Positions 1 to 8,247 of a stretch of DNA of 61,723 nt are shown here, piece after piece. The stretch's first letter is position 1, and every line of letters starts with the position of its first letter. Source of the DNA: a virus (Duplodnaviria > Caudoviricetes); the IMG/VR virus record IMGVR_UViG_3300043472_000004, positions 1 to 61,723 of that record, one strand, 5' to 3'. The notes under the pieces are model-generated. The model made no database searches and was not told the origin of the DNA. It saw only the letters and a program-made list of their open reading frames with translations. The translations under genes were made by a program, and so were the position numbers.

Positions 1-282
1 CACAGCGGAGAAGATTCAAGCCGCGCAATGTTGAGCTCGTCGCCCTTACCCGATTCAAGCCACGCGATTGCCGCATCACCCGAAAGCTCACCGACACCCT
101 CAATCCCAAAGTTCTGAATGATAGCGCCGATTACCGAAGTATCAACCTCTGGCAGATCAACGCCGATCAGAACGTCATTGCGAAGCTCCTGCTCATTCCA
201 GATAACTCCGTTGTGAGTGAGCGCCAGCTTGTTGTTGGGCGAAATAACGGGGTGGTTGTTGTCGTTATTCCTCTCCGTGCCG
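1..282. repeat. Terminal overlap with 61442-61723 (circular assembly overlap)
   Basis: The 282 bp are identical to the window end except for 13 substitutions clustered at 122-195. Confidence 0.95.
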
Positions 283-545
283 TGAGTCGTCAGTCTCGTG
301 TGGAGAATGACGGTCTTGGCGTTACGTGGAAGACCCTTGAGTGGGAGTTGCCCACCGGGGAGTGCGTCCTTGAAATAACCGATCTTGCCCTTGTCGTCGC
401 TGTAAGCATAGCCTGAAGCCATGTTCCCGCGCCAGACCAGTTCGCCTAATAGTTTGTGTGCTAATTCCCTAGAATTAACCGTGCTTCTTTCGCTTAATGA
501 AAAGCCGCCTACACCGCAGATTAGTCTGCCCTGCTTTCTGCTCAT
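1..545 (-). CDS. Class II (Ntn) glutamine amidotransferase, N-terminal part; continues across the circular junction to 60715 (about 423 aa total)
   Basis: Hand translation gives MSRKQGRLI-CGVGGFSL...WRGNMASG...ILHTRLTTHG...NNHPV...LTHNGVIWN...EVDTSVIG, the GATase-II motifs. Not in the ORF track because it runs off the edge. Confidence 0.9.
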   Translation of the reverse strand, partial: MSRKQGRLICGVGGFSLSERSTVNSRELAHKLLGELVWRGNMASGYAYSDDKGKIGYFKDALPGGQLPLKGLPRNAKTVILHTRLTTHGTERNNDNNHPVISPNNKLALTHNGVIWNEQELRNDVLIGVDLPEVDTSVIGAIIQNFGIEGVGELSGDAAIAWLESGKGDELNIARLESSPL

Positions 546-976
546 TTTTTAGAGCGTTTGTAGTAGTACTCTTTATCCCTACGTCTAGCGCAAGTTCTAC
601 AATCTCTACGATTGTCAGAGCGACTGACTATATTTAGTTGTGTTAGTTCGTGCCCATGCTTACAATGCGTTTGTAGAGAGTGGGGATTTGCAAACCCCGT
701 AATTCCTCGCATGGTATTTTCTCTACTTGTTACAGCCTCCAAATGAGAAGGTCGTACACAATTTCGTACACGACAAAGATGATCCAGAACCAAACCCTCA
801 GGAACTGAACCATTCTTCTGTTCATACGAAAATCTATGCGCATAAATTCTTACACGCTTACCCTCGGGTGTTCTTTGTAATTCAAACTGCCCATATCCAG
901 AGACTAGAAAGCCACTCCAAAGCCAACAGTTGTCAGTTTTAGTAACCCGATTCCAAAATCGTTCTTCTAGATTCAT
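542..976 (-). CDS. Free-standing HNH homing endonuclease (HNH_3-like) with C-terminal Zn-finger
   Basis: CWLWSG...YAHRFSY...LDHLCRVRNCVRPSHLEAVT..EN; C-terminal HCKHGH...CRTC; AT-rich relative to neighbours. Confidence 0.92.
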   Translation of the reverse strand: MNLEERFWNRVTKTDNCWLWSGFLVSGYGQFELQRTPEGKRVRIYAHRFSYEQKNGSVPEGLVLDHLCRVRNCVRPSHLEAVTSRENTMRGITGFANPHSLQTHCKHGHELTQLNIVSRSDNRRDCRTCARRRDKEYYYKRSKK

Positions 977-982
977 CTTTTA

Positions 983-1011
983 ATTCTATATGATTATCTC
1001 GTAAAAGTCAA
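983..1011 (-). promoter_or_regulatory. Sigma70/SigA-type promoter, probably giving leaderless HNH mRNA
   Basis: TTGACT-17nt-TAGAAT-6nt-ATG(976). Confidence 0.7.
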
Positions 1012-1012
1012 G

Positions 1013-1055
1013 AGGGCGTGATGAGTGAAGAGGTACCAAAAGCTCATCACGCCCT
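1013..1055. repeat. 13-bp perfect inverted repeat (hairpin) between amidoligase and HNH
   Basis: AGGGCGTGATGAG ... CTCATCACGCCCT. Confidence 0.75.
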
Positions 1056-1062
1056 ACACCTA

Positions 1063-2622
1063 TTAAACTTCGACCTCAGCGTCAGCGTACTGCTCGACCA
1101 AGCGGCTGTCCAGCATTTCACCGAACAGGATGGCAGGCGTCTCTACCCCGTACTTCGCAAAGATGATCTTGACATCATCAAACGACCGAACCGCACTCCA
1201 CTCACGGGACGGAACATCCTTTGCCGCGAGATTGACCATTTCACGGCAGAAGTGGGCCCACTGGATCAGCGGAGCGTACTCGTACCTCGGTCCCATAGCG
1301 CGAAACTCGACCGTCTTGTGGGCATCGAGAGCGTGCAGATTCAGCGAGACGTACCGATCACCGGCAGGAATGTAATGCCCATTGGAATTACGAGAGTACG
1401 ATGAGCCTTCATTGCGGTCATAATCCTCTGACTGCTGCCACTCGTTGTACGTCTTGTACTTCGTGGACTTGGACGCCTTCAAGATGGCCATCGTCTCATC
1501 AATGCGACGATTCTTACAATACTCACGGTTCTCACGCATGTAGCTCGTCTCGATCAGGGGCTCGATCATTTCGTAGGCGAATACCAAACCGCCGATCTGT
1601 CGTGCCGTCAGGTCCTTAGCGCCAACGTGGACGTGGATACCCGCCGAATCGTTCTGAGGCTGGGTCTGGAGCTTTTCGACAAGCGTCTCCAACCCTCGTG
1701 AATGGAACGAGTGCAGGATGGGCGAGACAAACTCACCACAATCACCGCCACCATCCTCATTATAGTCGTCCTCATCGTCGCTGTATGCCGAATAGAGCGA
1801 ACTATCACCCTTGCGGTCCCAGTACTCCGGAGCGCCGATACCACGAGCGCCACCGGACTCAACTTCGATGCCCCACGTTCGGGAGGACTTCGTGCCGTGT
1901 CCCGCGATGGGAAACGTCGAAATGACATCATCCTTGACCACATCCCACTTCAAATCACCCTTACGCTTGGATAGGTAGCGCTCCAGATTCGCGGACGTGT
2001 CGTGCCGAACGATTGGCTTAGCGTAGCTCACGATCATGCCCTGCTTCAAGATAGCGCGGTACAGGACCAACTGGCGAGTATGCACATCCTTCGCCACTGT
2101 GAGCAACTTGCTGGCATCACTGACCGTGATCGTGCCACCGTTTGCCTGTGGGGCGTGTCGGTTGTTGTATTCCTTAGCGAGAATCTCTTCAGCAGCAGCC
2201 CGACGTGATTCGTTCTTTGTCGTGATCCGGACGGGATTGTTGGAAATATTGAGCGTGAATCCCGGGGCAAGCAGCGGCTCAACTTCAGCAGCTACGGCGT
2301 CCACGGCCACGTTGTTGATACTCACGGAACGCAACTCAGTCAGCAACGTCTCATTTGTACCAAGCGTATACTCACCCGGCATGATCTTGAACTGATTGCG
2401 GCGGTCCACGACGATCTTGCCCTCTGGGATCAGGATTTCGTGAATTGTAAGGCCCTTGAGAAGCGTATTCCACCGTTCCTCAAGCTGGGCAGCACGGTAG
2501 CGCACCTTCCGCATAACGGACGCCTCTGGCATGTCAGCCAGTGAAATCCGTAGCGGCAGATCGAACCGCTTGAAATATTCCCTAATTGCTACAGCGGGAA
2601 CATCGTATTCGTATTCAGGCAT
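1063..2622 (-). CDS. Putative amidoligase (COOH-NH2 ligase, Amidoligase_2-like) with N-terminal extension
   Basis: TWGIEVE, GEFVSPIL, SAGIHVHVG, RYVSLNL and TVEFR motifs; adjacent to a GATase-II as is typical for this family. Confidence 0.85.
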   Translation of the reverse strand: MPEYEYDVPAVAIREYFKRFDLPLRISLADMPEASVMRKVRYRAAQLEERWNTLLKGLTIHEILIPEGKIVVDRRNQFKIMPGEYTLGTNETLLTELRSVSINNVAVDAVAAEVEPLLAPGFTLNISNNPVRITTKNESRRAAAEEILAKEYNNRHAPQANGGTITVSDASKLLTVAKDVHTRQLVLYRAILKQGMIVSYAKPIVRHDTSANLERYLSKRKGDLKWDVVKDDVISTFPIAGHGTKSSRTWGIEVESGGARGIGAPEYWDRKGDSSLYSAYSDDEDDYNEDGGGDCGEFVSPILHSFHSRGLETLVEKLQTQPQNDSAGIHVHVGAKDLTARQIGGLVFAYEMIEPLIETSYMRENREYCKNRRIDETMAILKASKSTKYKTYNEWQQSEDYDRNEGSSYSRNSNGHYIPAGDRYVSLNLHALDAHKTVEFRAMGPRYEYAPLIQWAHFCREMVNLAAKDVPSREWSAVRSFDDVKIIFAKYGVETPAILFGEMLDSRLVEQYADAEVEV

Positions 2623-2650
2623 AACTCTCCCTTGTAAAGGTTAAACGTGA

Positions 2651-2908
2651 CTATATTTCAGTTATTAGAACGGTAAAAGCGGTGGGGGTCCATTGCTTAC
2701 TTGACGATGCAGGGCGCGCATTAAGGTGTTGGAGGTTGACGTGAGATAGTTCATTTTCGCTATAGGTCAAGATACCGGAGGAGGTAAAGGTTTCGTTACA
2801 GCCATCTGTCCACTGTACGTACCATTCACCAAAACCCTGCCGCATATCCATAAAGTCAACAACGCCCATATGGTAGGAGTCGTCTACAAAGTCACCGGGT
2901 AGAAACAT
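2651..2908 (-). CDS. Small protein, LPG-start paralog 6
   Basis: Starts MFLPGDFV; overlaps upstream paralog. Confidence 0.7.
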   Translation of the reverse strand: MFLPGDFVDDSYHMGVVDFMDMRQGFGEWYVQWTDGCNETFTSSGILTYSENELSHVNLQHLNARPASSSKQWTPTAFTVLITEI

Positions 2909-3104
2909 GCCAACCCTCCTTTAACCACTTATGTACATCTTCAAGATCAACGTGGTGGGCAATATAATCAGCAGAATGCCAGCTACCACGGTACTGAATC
3001 AGAGGGATATATTGGGCATAGTCGACTGCAATGATCGTAATGGTATCAGGAGCGGTATCGTTATAACCATGACGATCAAGTATTGCCCCCGGTAGAATTA
3101 TCAT
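2892..3104 (-). CDS. Small protein, LPG-start paralog 5
   Basis: Internal ATG gives MIILPGAILD; ATGA overlap with upstream stop. Confidence 0.7.
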   Translation of the reverse strand: MIILPGAILDRHGYNDTAPDTITIIAVDYAQYIPLIQYRGSWHSADYIAHHVDLEDVHKWLKEGWHVSTR

Positions 3105-3304
3105 TCGCTCACCCGCCAACCGCTCTGCCCCCATGAGTGTATCCAACTCATAGGAATACCTTCACTACCGCGCTCACGCCTATTGCGTCTACTATAGAGC
3201 CCGTAGTCCATAGTTTCATACTCGTTGTAGTCAACTAATTCGATGATGACGTAGTTAGTTTCGTGTCGGTGTCTGAGCATGGTCCCCGGCAGGATTATAG
3301 GCAT
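3101..3304 (-). CDS. Small protein, LPG-start paralog 4
   Basis: Starts MPIILPGTML. Confidence 0.7.
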   Translation of the reverse strand: MPIILPGTMLRHRHETNYVIIELVDYNEYETMDYGLYSRRNRRERGSEGIPMSWIHSWGQSGWRVSE

Positions 3305-3491
3305 ACCAATCGTCTCCCATCATGTGCCGTTGCGTGTCCAAGTGATTGAAGGGAGAATCTTTCCATTGATAGCGAATTATGGCACTATCATTAGGATCGT
3401 ACCTTCCGTAAAGGATAACGTCAAACTCTGTAATCGTTACATAGAAATCAGGGTCAATAGAGCGCTTATAGGTCTCACCGGGTAGGAACAT
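3255..3491 (-). CDS. Small protein, LPG-start paralog 3
   Basis: Internal ATG gives MFLPGETY. Confidence 0.7.
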   Translation of the reverse strand: MFLPGETYKRSIDPDFYVTITEFDVILYGRYDPNDSAIIRYQWKDSPFNHLDTQRHMMGDDWYAYNPAGDHAQTPTRN

Positions 3492-3702
3492 GATTGAGTC
3501 CCCTGATCTGGTGAAAATCATGAAGATTGTAGAAGGAATAGCCGTCTATCGAAACCTGATTAGCCATGCCAACATAGCCATCAATTACGCCGAGGCGGCG
3601 TACATAAAGTATTTGGTGATCTAGGTCAATCCCCGTGATGAAAATATCGTCCGTACTGATGCTGAGGCGATGGCGAAAGCGCATACCGGGAAGAAGGATC
3701 AT
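3475..3702 (-). CDS. Small protein, LPG-start paralog 2
   Basis: Starts MILLPGMRF; ATGA overlap. Confidence 0.7.
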   Translation of the reverse strand: MILLPGMRFRHRLSISTDDIFITGIDLDHQILYVRRLGVIDGYVGMANQVSIDGYSFYNLHDFHQIRGLNHVPTR

Positions 3703-3899
3703 ACTCTCACCATTCTCTGATCACGTAGCCATTCTTGAAAGCGCGAAACTCCACAGGGATTAAGATTAAAAGGTTGTGGTCCGGAGGTCCACTCGTATTC
3801 CACATTTTCGAGGATTGCATAGTCCACTGCCGTTATCAAGCAGGAACCATTTGAAGTGAAGGAGGGATTATCCCACTTCTGGCCGGGTAACAGGATCAT
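3699..3899 (-). CDS. Small protein, LPG-start paralog 1
   Basis: Starts MILLPGQKW; ATGA overlap. Confidence 0.7.
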   Translation of the reverse strand: MILLPGQKWDNPSFTSNGSCLITAVDYAILENVEYEWTSGPQPFNLNPCGVSRFQEWLRDQRMVRV

Positions 3900-4138
3900 G
3901 ATCCCACCGCTCCCCTCTCCGAGGCAATAGTCACAATATCTTTAGGGCTGAAGACCATTCTTTTCATATCCCATCCTAGCTTTTCGTTCTGGGAACCGAA
4001 GTGGATTTCCGTGAGCGTGTTCACAATGACCTGATCCAATGGCGCTAGCACAGCAGTCACGACGAATCGCTTGCCATTAGGGGATAGGATCGAGTCCCCT
4101 ATCTCTAGCTCATGAGCCTGAATAAGCATCGTACACAC
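3896..4138 (-). CDS. Hypothetical protein (possible small beta-barrel)
   Basis: Coupled ORF in the operon; ELEIGDSI...FVVTAV pattern. Confidence 0.6.
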   Translation of the reverse strand: MCTMLIQAHELEIGDSILSPNGKRFVVTAVLAPLDQVIVNTLTEIHFGSQNEKLGWDMKRMVFSPKDIVTIASERGAVGS

Positions 4139-4478
4139 GCTCCGCTGTGACCAGAGCTCGTCCCCACACCCTGTATGTGCCTGAGTCCTGCTCAGCCTGC
4201 GCGGCTCGGAAAATTGCGTAAGCCTTCGCAGTCATTACAACCCCCGTAATGTGGGTGAACATTTTACGAGTGTTCATTCGGAATGAACCAAAACTACCAT
4301 CCAGCCTACTAAGAAGCTCAGCACCCAATACTGGGTAAAGCGCTACACCGGCGATACACAGTGGCTCACTCGTACTGGGGTCGATATACGTACACACAGC
4401 GGTGTGCTCGTAGCCCTCCTGCTCGACAGCAGCACGCAGTAGTTCCAACGCCTTATCAGCGTCAATAGTGATGGTCAT
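4110..4478 (-). CDS. Hypothetical phage protein
   Basis: ATGA-coupled ORF with SD; C-x-Y...P-x-C-I-x-G motif. Confidence 0.7.
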   Translation of the reverse strand: MTITIDADKALELLRAAVEQEGYEHTAVCTYIDPSTSEPLCIAGVALYPVLGAELLSRLDGSFGSFRMNTRKMFTHITGVVMTAKAYAIFRAAQAEQDSGTYRVWGRALVTAERVYDAYSGS

Positions 4479-4846
4479 TCGTCTTCTCCTAGGATTGTGA
4501 ATTGATCAGCGACGACTGCTGTGAACGATTCCAGTTTTTCAAGGCGGCTCACGCTCTCGCCATCCTTATAGACATAGATGAAACGGTCAGGATAAACCTT
4601 GAGCCAATAACCTGCGCCCGTTGCTGTTGTCTTGAATCGTGTGCCGACAGGGAGAGCCTTGATTTGTTCGCTCAGAGGAGGGTTGACTTCTTCCAACTGC
4701 CAGTCAACGAACCGGAGCCAGATTGCTTCGATTGCGCCCTTGATCGAAACCCGAGCCCAGTCAGTACGATCCGTTTCCTTCACTTCACCGACGATTACAT
4801 TCTCGTCTAGGGTGAAACGGTACTTTTTTCCTACTTGCATGTTCAT
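4475..4846 (-). CDS. Hypothetical protein
   Basis: ATGA-coupled ORF with SD GAGGA. Confidence 0.7.
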   Translation of the reverse strand: MNMQVGKKYRFTLDENVIVGEVKETDRTDWARVSIKGAIEAIWLRFVDWQLEEVNPPLSEQIKALPVGTRFKTTATGAGYWLKVYPDRFIYVYKDGESVSRLEKLESFTAVVADQFTILGEDE

Positions 4847-5067
4847 TTCTTCCTCTTTCGATAGGCTTTAGCAGCGTCCTTACAGAAGCGACATCGGCAC
4901 TTATAGTTATAGTAGAAATTGGGGGTGCCGTGTTGGTAAATGGTGAGCTCCGTCGCTTTCAAATCCATGCGATTCCAGAGCGACCAATTGCTCTTAGCAC
5001 GAGTGCATAATTCACACCTGCAACGGTGATTATTGTAGCCCGAAAGTGTGCCGTGTTCAAAGTCCAT
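4843..5067 (-). CDS. Small Cys/His protein with two HGT-x3-Y-x4-CRC-x2-C repeats (putative Zn-binding)
   Basis: HGTLSGYNNHRCRCELC and HGTPNFYYNYKCRCRFC. Confidence 0.75.
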   Translation of the reverse strand: MDFEHGTLSGYNNHRCRCELCTRAKSNWSLWNRMDLKATELTIYQHGTPNFYYNYKCRCRFCKDAAKAYRKRKK

Positions 5068-5191
5068 ATTTTCCCTATCATGTCAGAACTGGAGATAGAC
5101 TAGGCAAAACACTGGGTAAACCCTATAGGATACCTTGTAAGGAAATATGGTGGTGCTACCCAGTAAAAACGCTAGTCTATAACTAGGTTTG

Positions 5192-5220
5192 ACTATACAG
5201 GAGTTTTAGCGGTTTTGCAA
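5192..5220 (-). promoter_or_regulatory. SigA-type promoter of the amidoligase operon
   Basis: TTGCAA-17nt-TATAGT. Confidence 0.7.
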
Positions 5221-5269
5221 ATTGAGGCTATGACTGGGAAAGAGGGGGGTAGGGAAAAACGACATCCTA

Positions 5270-5420
5270 ACACTCTCTTATATATACACTATATATATAT
5301 ATTACTATATAGAATAATATACGTATAGAGAGAACGTAGCGGCTATCGATATTTTGGGGAGCTAGTTTATTACTCGTTTTCAATAGTAATAAAGTAGTAA
5401 TAGACTAGTAATAGACTAGA
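5270..5420. other. AT-rich non-coding region with 11-bp-period repeats; candidate replication origin
   Basis: (TA)n tract at about 5278-5325; TAGTAATA at 5384, 5395 and 5406. Confidence 0.4.
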
Positions 5421-5601
5421 GCTCGTAGGGCTCGTTTTCCTTAAGCCATTGGAACCAACCTTGACGGTATCCAGACTCGTAGTTGAAGTCGTCCGGATAC
5501 TTGTTTGCAAGTCCGTAGTAACCATCTTCAAAGCCTTGGTCAAACATCAGGAGAGTCTCCATTGTAAACGTCGGAGATAGCATCTTCGAGAGCTTGACCA
5601 T
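5416..5601 (-). CDS. Hypothetical protein
   Basis: ORF track; GF/GY..G repeats typical of small phage proteins. Confidence 0.55.
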   Translation of the reverse strand: MVKLSKMLSPTFTMETLLMFDQGFEDGYYGLANKYPDDFNYESGYRQGWFQWLKENEPYEL

Positions 5602-5815
5602 AGGGTGTCTTTACGTCCTGATGAGATTGGAACGCCGCCAGCAGTCGTGCGGCCTTGTCGTCGTAGAGCGAACCGTCTTCGTCTGTCCACGAAATGTACT
5701 CTTCGATTTCACTGACGGGGAACTGATGAGCGGTGCTCATTACTCCGCCAGAATACTCAATGTCATGAATCGAGTCGAAGACGGGACGGTTGAGTCTTTC
5801 GAAGACGTAACCCAC
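5540..5815 (-). CDS. Hypothetical protein
   Basis: ORF track; SD GAAAGGA upstream. Confidence 0.55.
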   Translation of the reverse strand: MGYVFERLNRPVFDSIHDIEYSGGVMSTAHQFPVSEIEEYISWTDEDGSLYDDKAARLLAAFQSHQDVKTPYGQALEDAISDVYNGDSPDV

Positions 5816-5866
5816 TCCTTTCGGTAACGAGTTCTTGGAGCGTGCTGAGAGCCTGTTCGTATGTGA

Positions 5867-6199
5867 TCATAGTTCATCTACCTTTACTGATTTTTGGAGG
5901 AAAGCATCGAAGACGTATTCTTGGTTGTACTTAATCGCTAGCTCTTTAGCCGAGTTGCGGTCGGAGACATGCTGAACGGCATCGAAGTACGTAGTACCCG
6001 TGTCGGAAGTCCACACGCCGACCATTGCTGAACCCGTGGCGTAGGAAGTATCACGGACATTATCCTCTAGGTCGTATTCCCACTCGGGTCCAACAGAGAA
6101 TGCCGTCTGCGTGCCGACGAAGTAACCGTATTGCCACTTCTCGCCGTAGTTGATGATTTCATCAGTTTCGGGGTTGATGTAGTAGGTGCCGTCGACCAT
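5867..6199 (-). CDS. Hypothetical phage protein
   Basis: VGVW...YFDAV...A..LA...NQ..VFD pattern. Confidence 0.65.
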   Translation of the reverse strand: MVDGTYYINPETDEIINYGEKWQYGYFVGTQTAFSVGPEWEYDLEDNVRDTSYATGSAMVGVWTSDTGTTYFDAVQHVSDRNSAKELAIKYNQEYVFDAFLQKSVKVDEL

Positions 6200-6353
6200 T
6201 CTAGCTCCATTTCGAAAACTTCAAACTCCACAAGTCGGGAGTCTTTCTCCATAAGATCGCGTTTAGCTTCCGCTTCCGCAAGGGTATTGAATGCGGCAAT
6301 AGGTTCAAGGTACCCCTCAAAGACTATGAAGGGAAGTACGAGATAGATTTTCA

Positions 6354-6647
6354 TTATGAACCTGAGTAGTAGGACCCCTTGGAGTCCCAATTGAGTTTAC
6401 GGGAGTACATCGGTTTGCCGTCGTAGTAGGACCAGATGCGTTTGGTGAGACGATCCTGAGCGTTACGCTTATCGGCGTACCACGAATCAACTGCGGCCTT
6501 TAATTGCTGAAAGCGTAGGTTAGCTTCCTCAGGGGAGTTGTTGACCGGGAGCTCACCTTGGACGAGACGGATTGAACCATCGGATTGTTCGACGTAGATT
6601 TGAGCAGTTTTCGGCAGTTCGGGCGGTGGTACTTCAAAGAAGGGCAT
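6354..6647 (-). CDS. Hypothetical protein
   Basis: Internal ATG (MPFFEV) with SD GGAG. Confidence 0.55.
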   Translation of the reverse strand: MPFFEVPPPELPKTAQIYVEQSDGSIRLVQGELPVNNSPEEANLRFQQLKAAVDSWYADKRNAQDRLTKRIWSYYDGKPMYSRKLNWDSKGSYYSGS

Positions 6648-7062
6648 GAGACTCCAACCAATCCAGCACGAGTGTCGGTGAAGCTGCTGTGATGTGGTAC
6701 TCATCATCGAGCATGACCCAGCCTCGTGCTGTATGGAGGACAGGGCACTTGAGTGGGTCCTCGTCGGGATTGAGTATCCACCCGTTGATATGAGCCTTTT
6801 CCTCACCCCAGCCGTAGCCGAAGTCAATTCCACCCTGTTCGGAGAATGAAATGACGTTAGCAGGTTTCCACGATCCGTTTCGAATCAGAATCGTTTCAGG
6901 CTCAGCGGCGGTATCATAGCTCGTGCCGTCACGCCTGTTGATCTTTGCGTAGTCGATGAACATTTCACCCATCAATCCCTTCAAATAGGATTTCGTAGCC
7001 TTGTGATTTGGCATATGCTTGAACTTCGCCTCTGCTGAACCAACCACCTTCACTGGGTTCAT
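6634..7062 (-). CDS. Hypothetical protein
   Basis: ORF track, on the coding strand of this arm. Confidence 0.6.
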   Translation of the reverse strand: MNPVKVVGSAEAKFKHMPNHKATKSYLKGLMGEMFIDYAKINRRDGTSYDTAAEPETILIRNGSWKPANVISFSEQGGIDFGYGWGEEKAHINGWILNPDEDPLKCPVLHTARGWVMLDDEYHITAASPTLVLDWLESHALL

Positions 7063-7201
7063 TTACGATACGTCGGTATCCACCTTCAACAGCAACGAAA
7101 AATGTCACCCTCTTTGTATTTGGTCACAGTTGGTCCTTCTTCCGGTGGACAGATGATACTGTTATGACGTGAATTGCAAAGGATGCAATAACGTTGCAAC
7201 G

Positions 7202-7417
7202 TCATAATTGGTACTCCTGTCCGTTCTGTCGTGTGTTGCTATAGAGGACGAATAGCCTTTTGTATTTCTTTGAACCTTGAGCGAGAGAGATTGAATCAAA
7301 CCATAGCCGCTCTCCCTTTATGACGACAAAGTACCCAGACTGGTCCTCATAGATCGTATCGGAGCGGTACTGAGTCAGCGGCGTACTAGCTGACGGAGAG
7401 GTCTGCCGCTTGCGCAT
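7202..7417 (-). CDS. Hypothetical protein
   Basis: ORF track. Confidence 0.5.
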   Translation of the reverse strand: MRKRQTSPSASTPLTQYRSDTIYEDQSGYFVVIKGERLWFDSISLAQGSKKYKRLFVLYSNTRQNGQEYQL

Positions 7418-7677
7418 CGTACCACCCCGCGATATAGGCTACGTAGGATTCCGAGGCGAGGTCGTAGGGGTTATAAAACTCGTCGGTGTAGTAATCATCC
7501 CAGCCACGCCAATAGGGAGTTTTCACTTAAACCACGACCTTTCCTCATCGTAGGGTTCTACATAATATGCGTCTGTTTGGTAGATGGTATTGTACTCATC
7601 CGCTAATTCGTTACAAGTAGCCTCGGACGCCATGTAAAGGATATGGTTTTCCATTTCCTTAGACTTGACGACGAACA

Positions 7678-7887
7678 TTACGAAGTCCGAAAGATGCCGA
7701 GCGTGTGGTAGTGCACTTGCTTGTGGGTGCCATCGGGCAGGATGATTTCGATCCAGTCACCCTTAGCACTGACGAACTTGACCAGAGTAGGATTCATGGT
7801 CGTATCGTCCTCCCAATAGGGAGCATACTTGTTGAGGGCACGCTTAGTCTGAATGACAGGCTTACGGGTTTTCGTTGCTAGGGACAT
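7678..7887 (-). CDS. Hypothetical protein
   Basis: SD AGGAGG upstream of ATG. Confidence 0.7.
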   Translation of the reverse strand: MSLATKTRKPVIQTKRALNKYAPYWEDDTTMNPTLVKFVSAKGDWIEIILPDGTHKQVHYHTLGIFRTS

Positions 7888-7917
7888 TTTAGTCCTCCTG
7901 TGAATTAGTGTCCAAAT

Positions 7918-7954
7918 TGAAACCCCTAAAATTACAGACGTAATTTCAGGGCTC
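7918..7954 (-). terminator. Putative intrinsic terminator
   Basis: CCCTGAAATTAC-loop-GTAATTTTAGGG followed by TTT on the - strand. Confidence 0.45.
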
Positions 7955-8247
7955 GCTAATTAGTCCTCTTCAATTGCGAGGTAGTCGATGTGGGCGGCGT
8001 GTAACGCTTGTGTGAGTTGCTGGATCGATTTGGCCTTGACGCGGAGAACGCGGTGCGACGTAATGACAGTGAACATGGTTATCTCCTATTATTTTTGGGC
8101 GCGTTGGAACCCCGCCCTAGCTATATGAAAGCTAGAGCGGGGGAGTGTTACAGAGCGCGAGCAAGCCAAATGGTGGCGGTGATTGCGAATACAGTGATGG
8201 CGATTCGCATGAGAGTGAGAAAGAGTTGATCCAGATTGATCGTGATT

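Noticed and set aside
1-282. True direct terminal repeat
   Set aside because: It lies mid-gene and the copies differ at mostly synonymous sites, which fits an assembly overlap or strain bubble better
542-1060. HNH as a group I intron ORF splitting a gene
   Set aside because: The amidoligase ends with a normal stop and the GATase has its complete N-terminal motif after the HNH; I see no intron core, so it is free-standing
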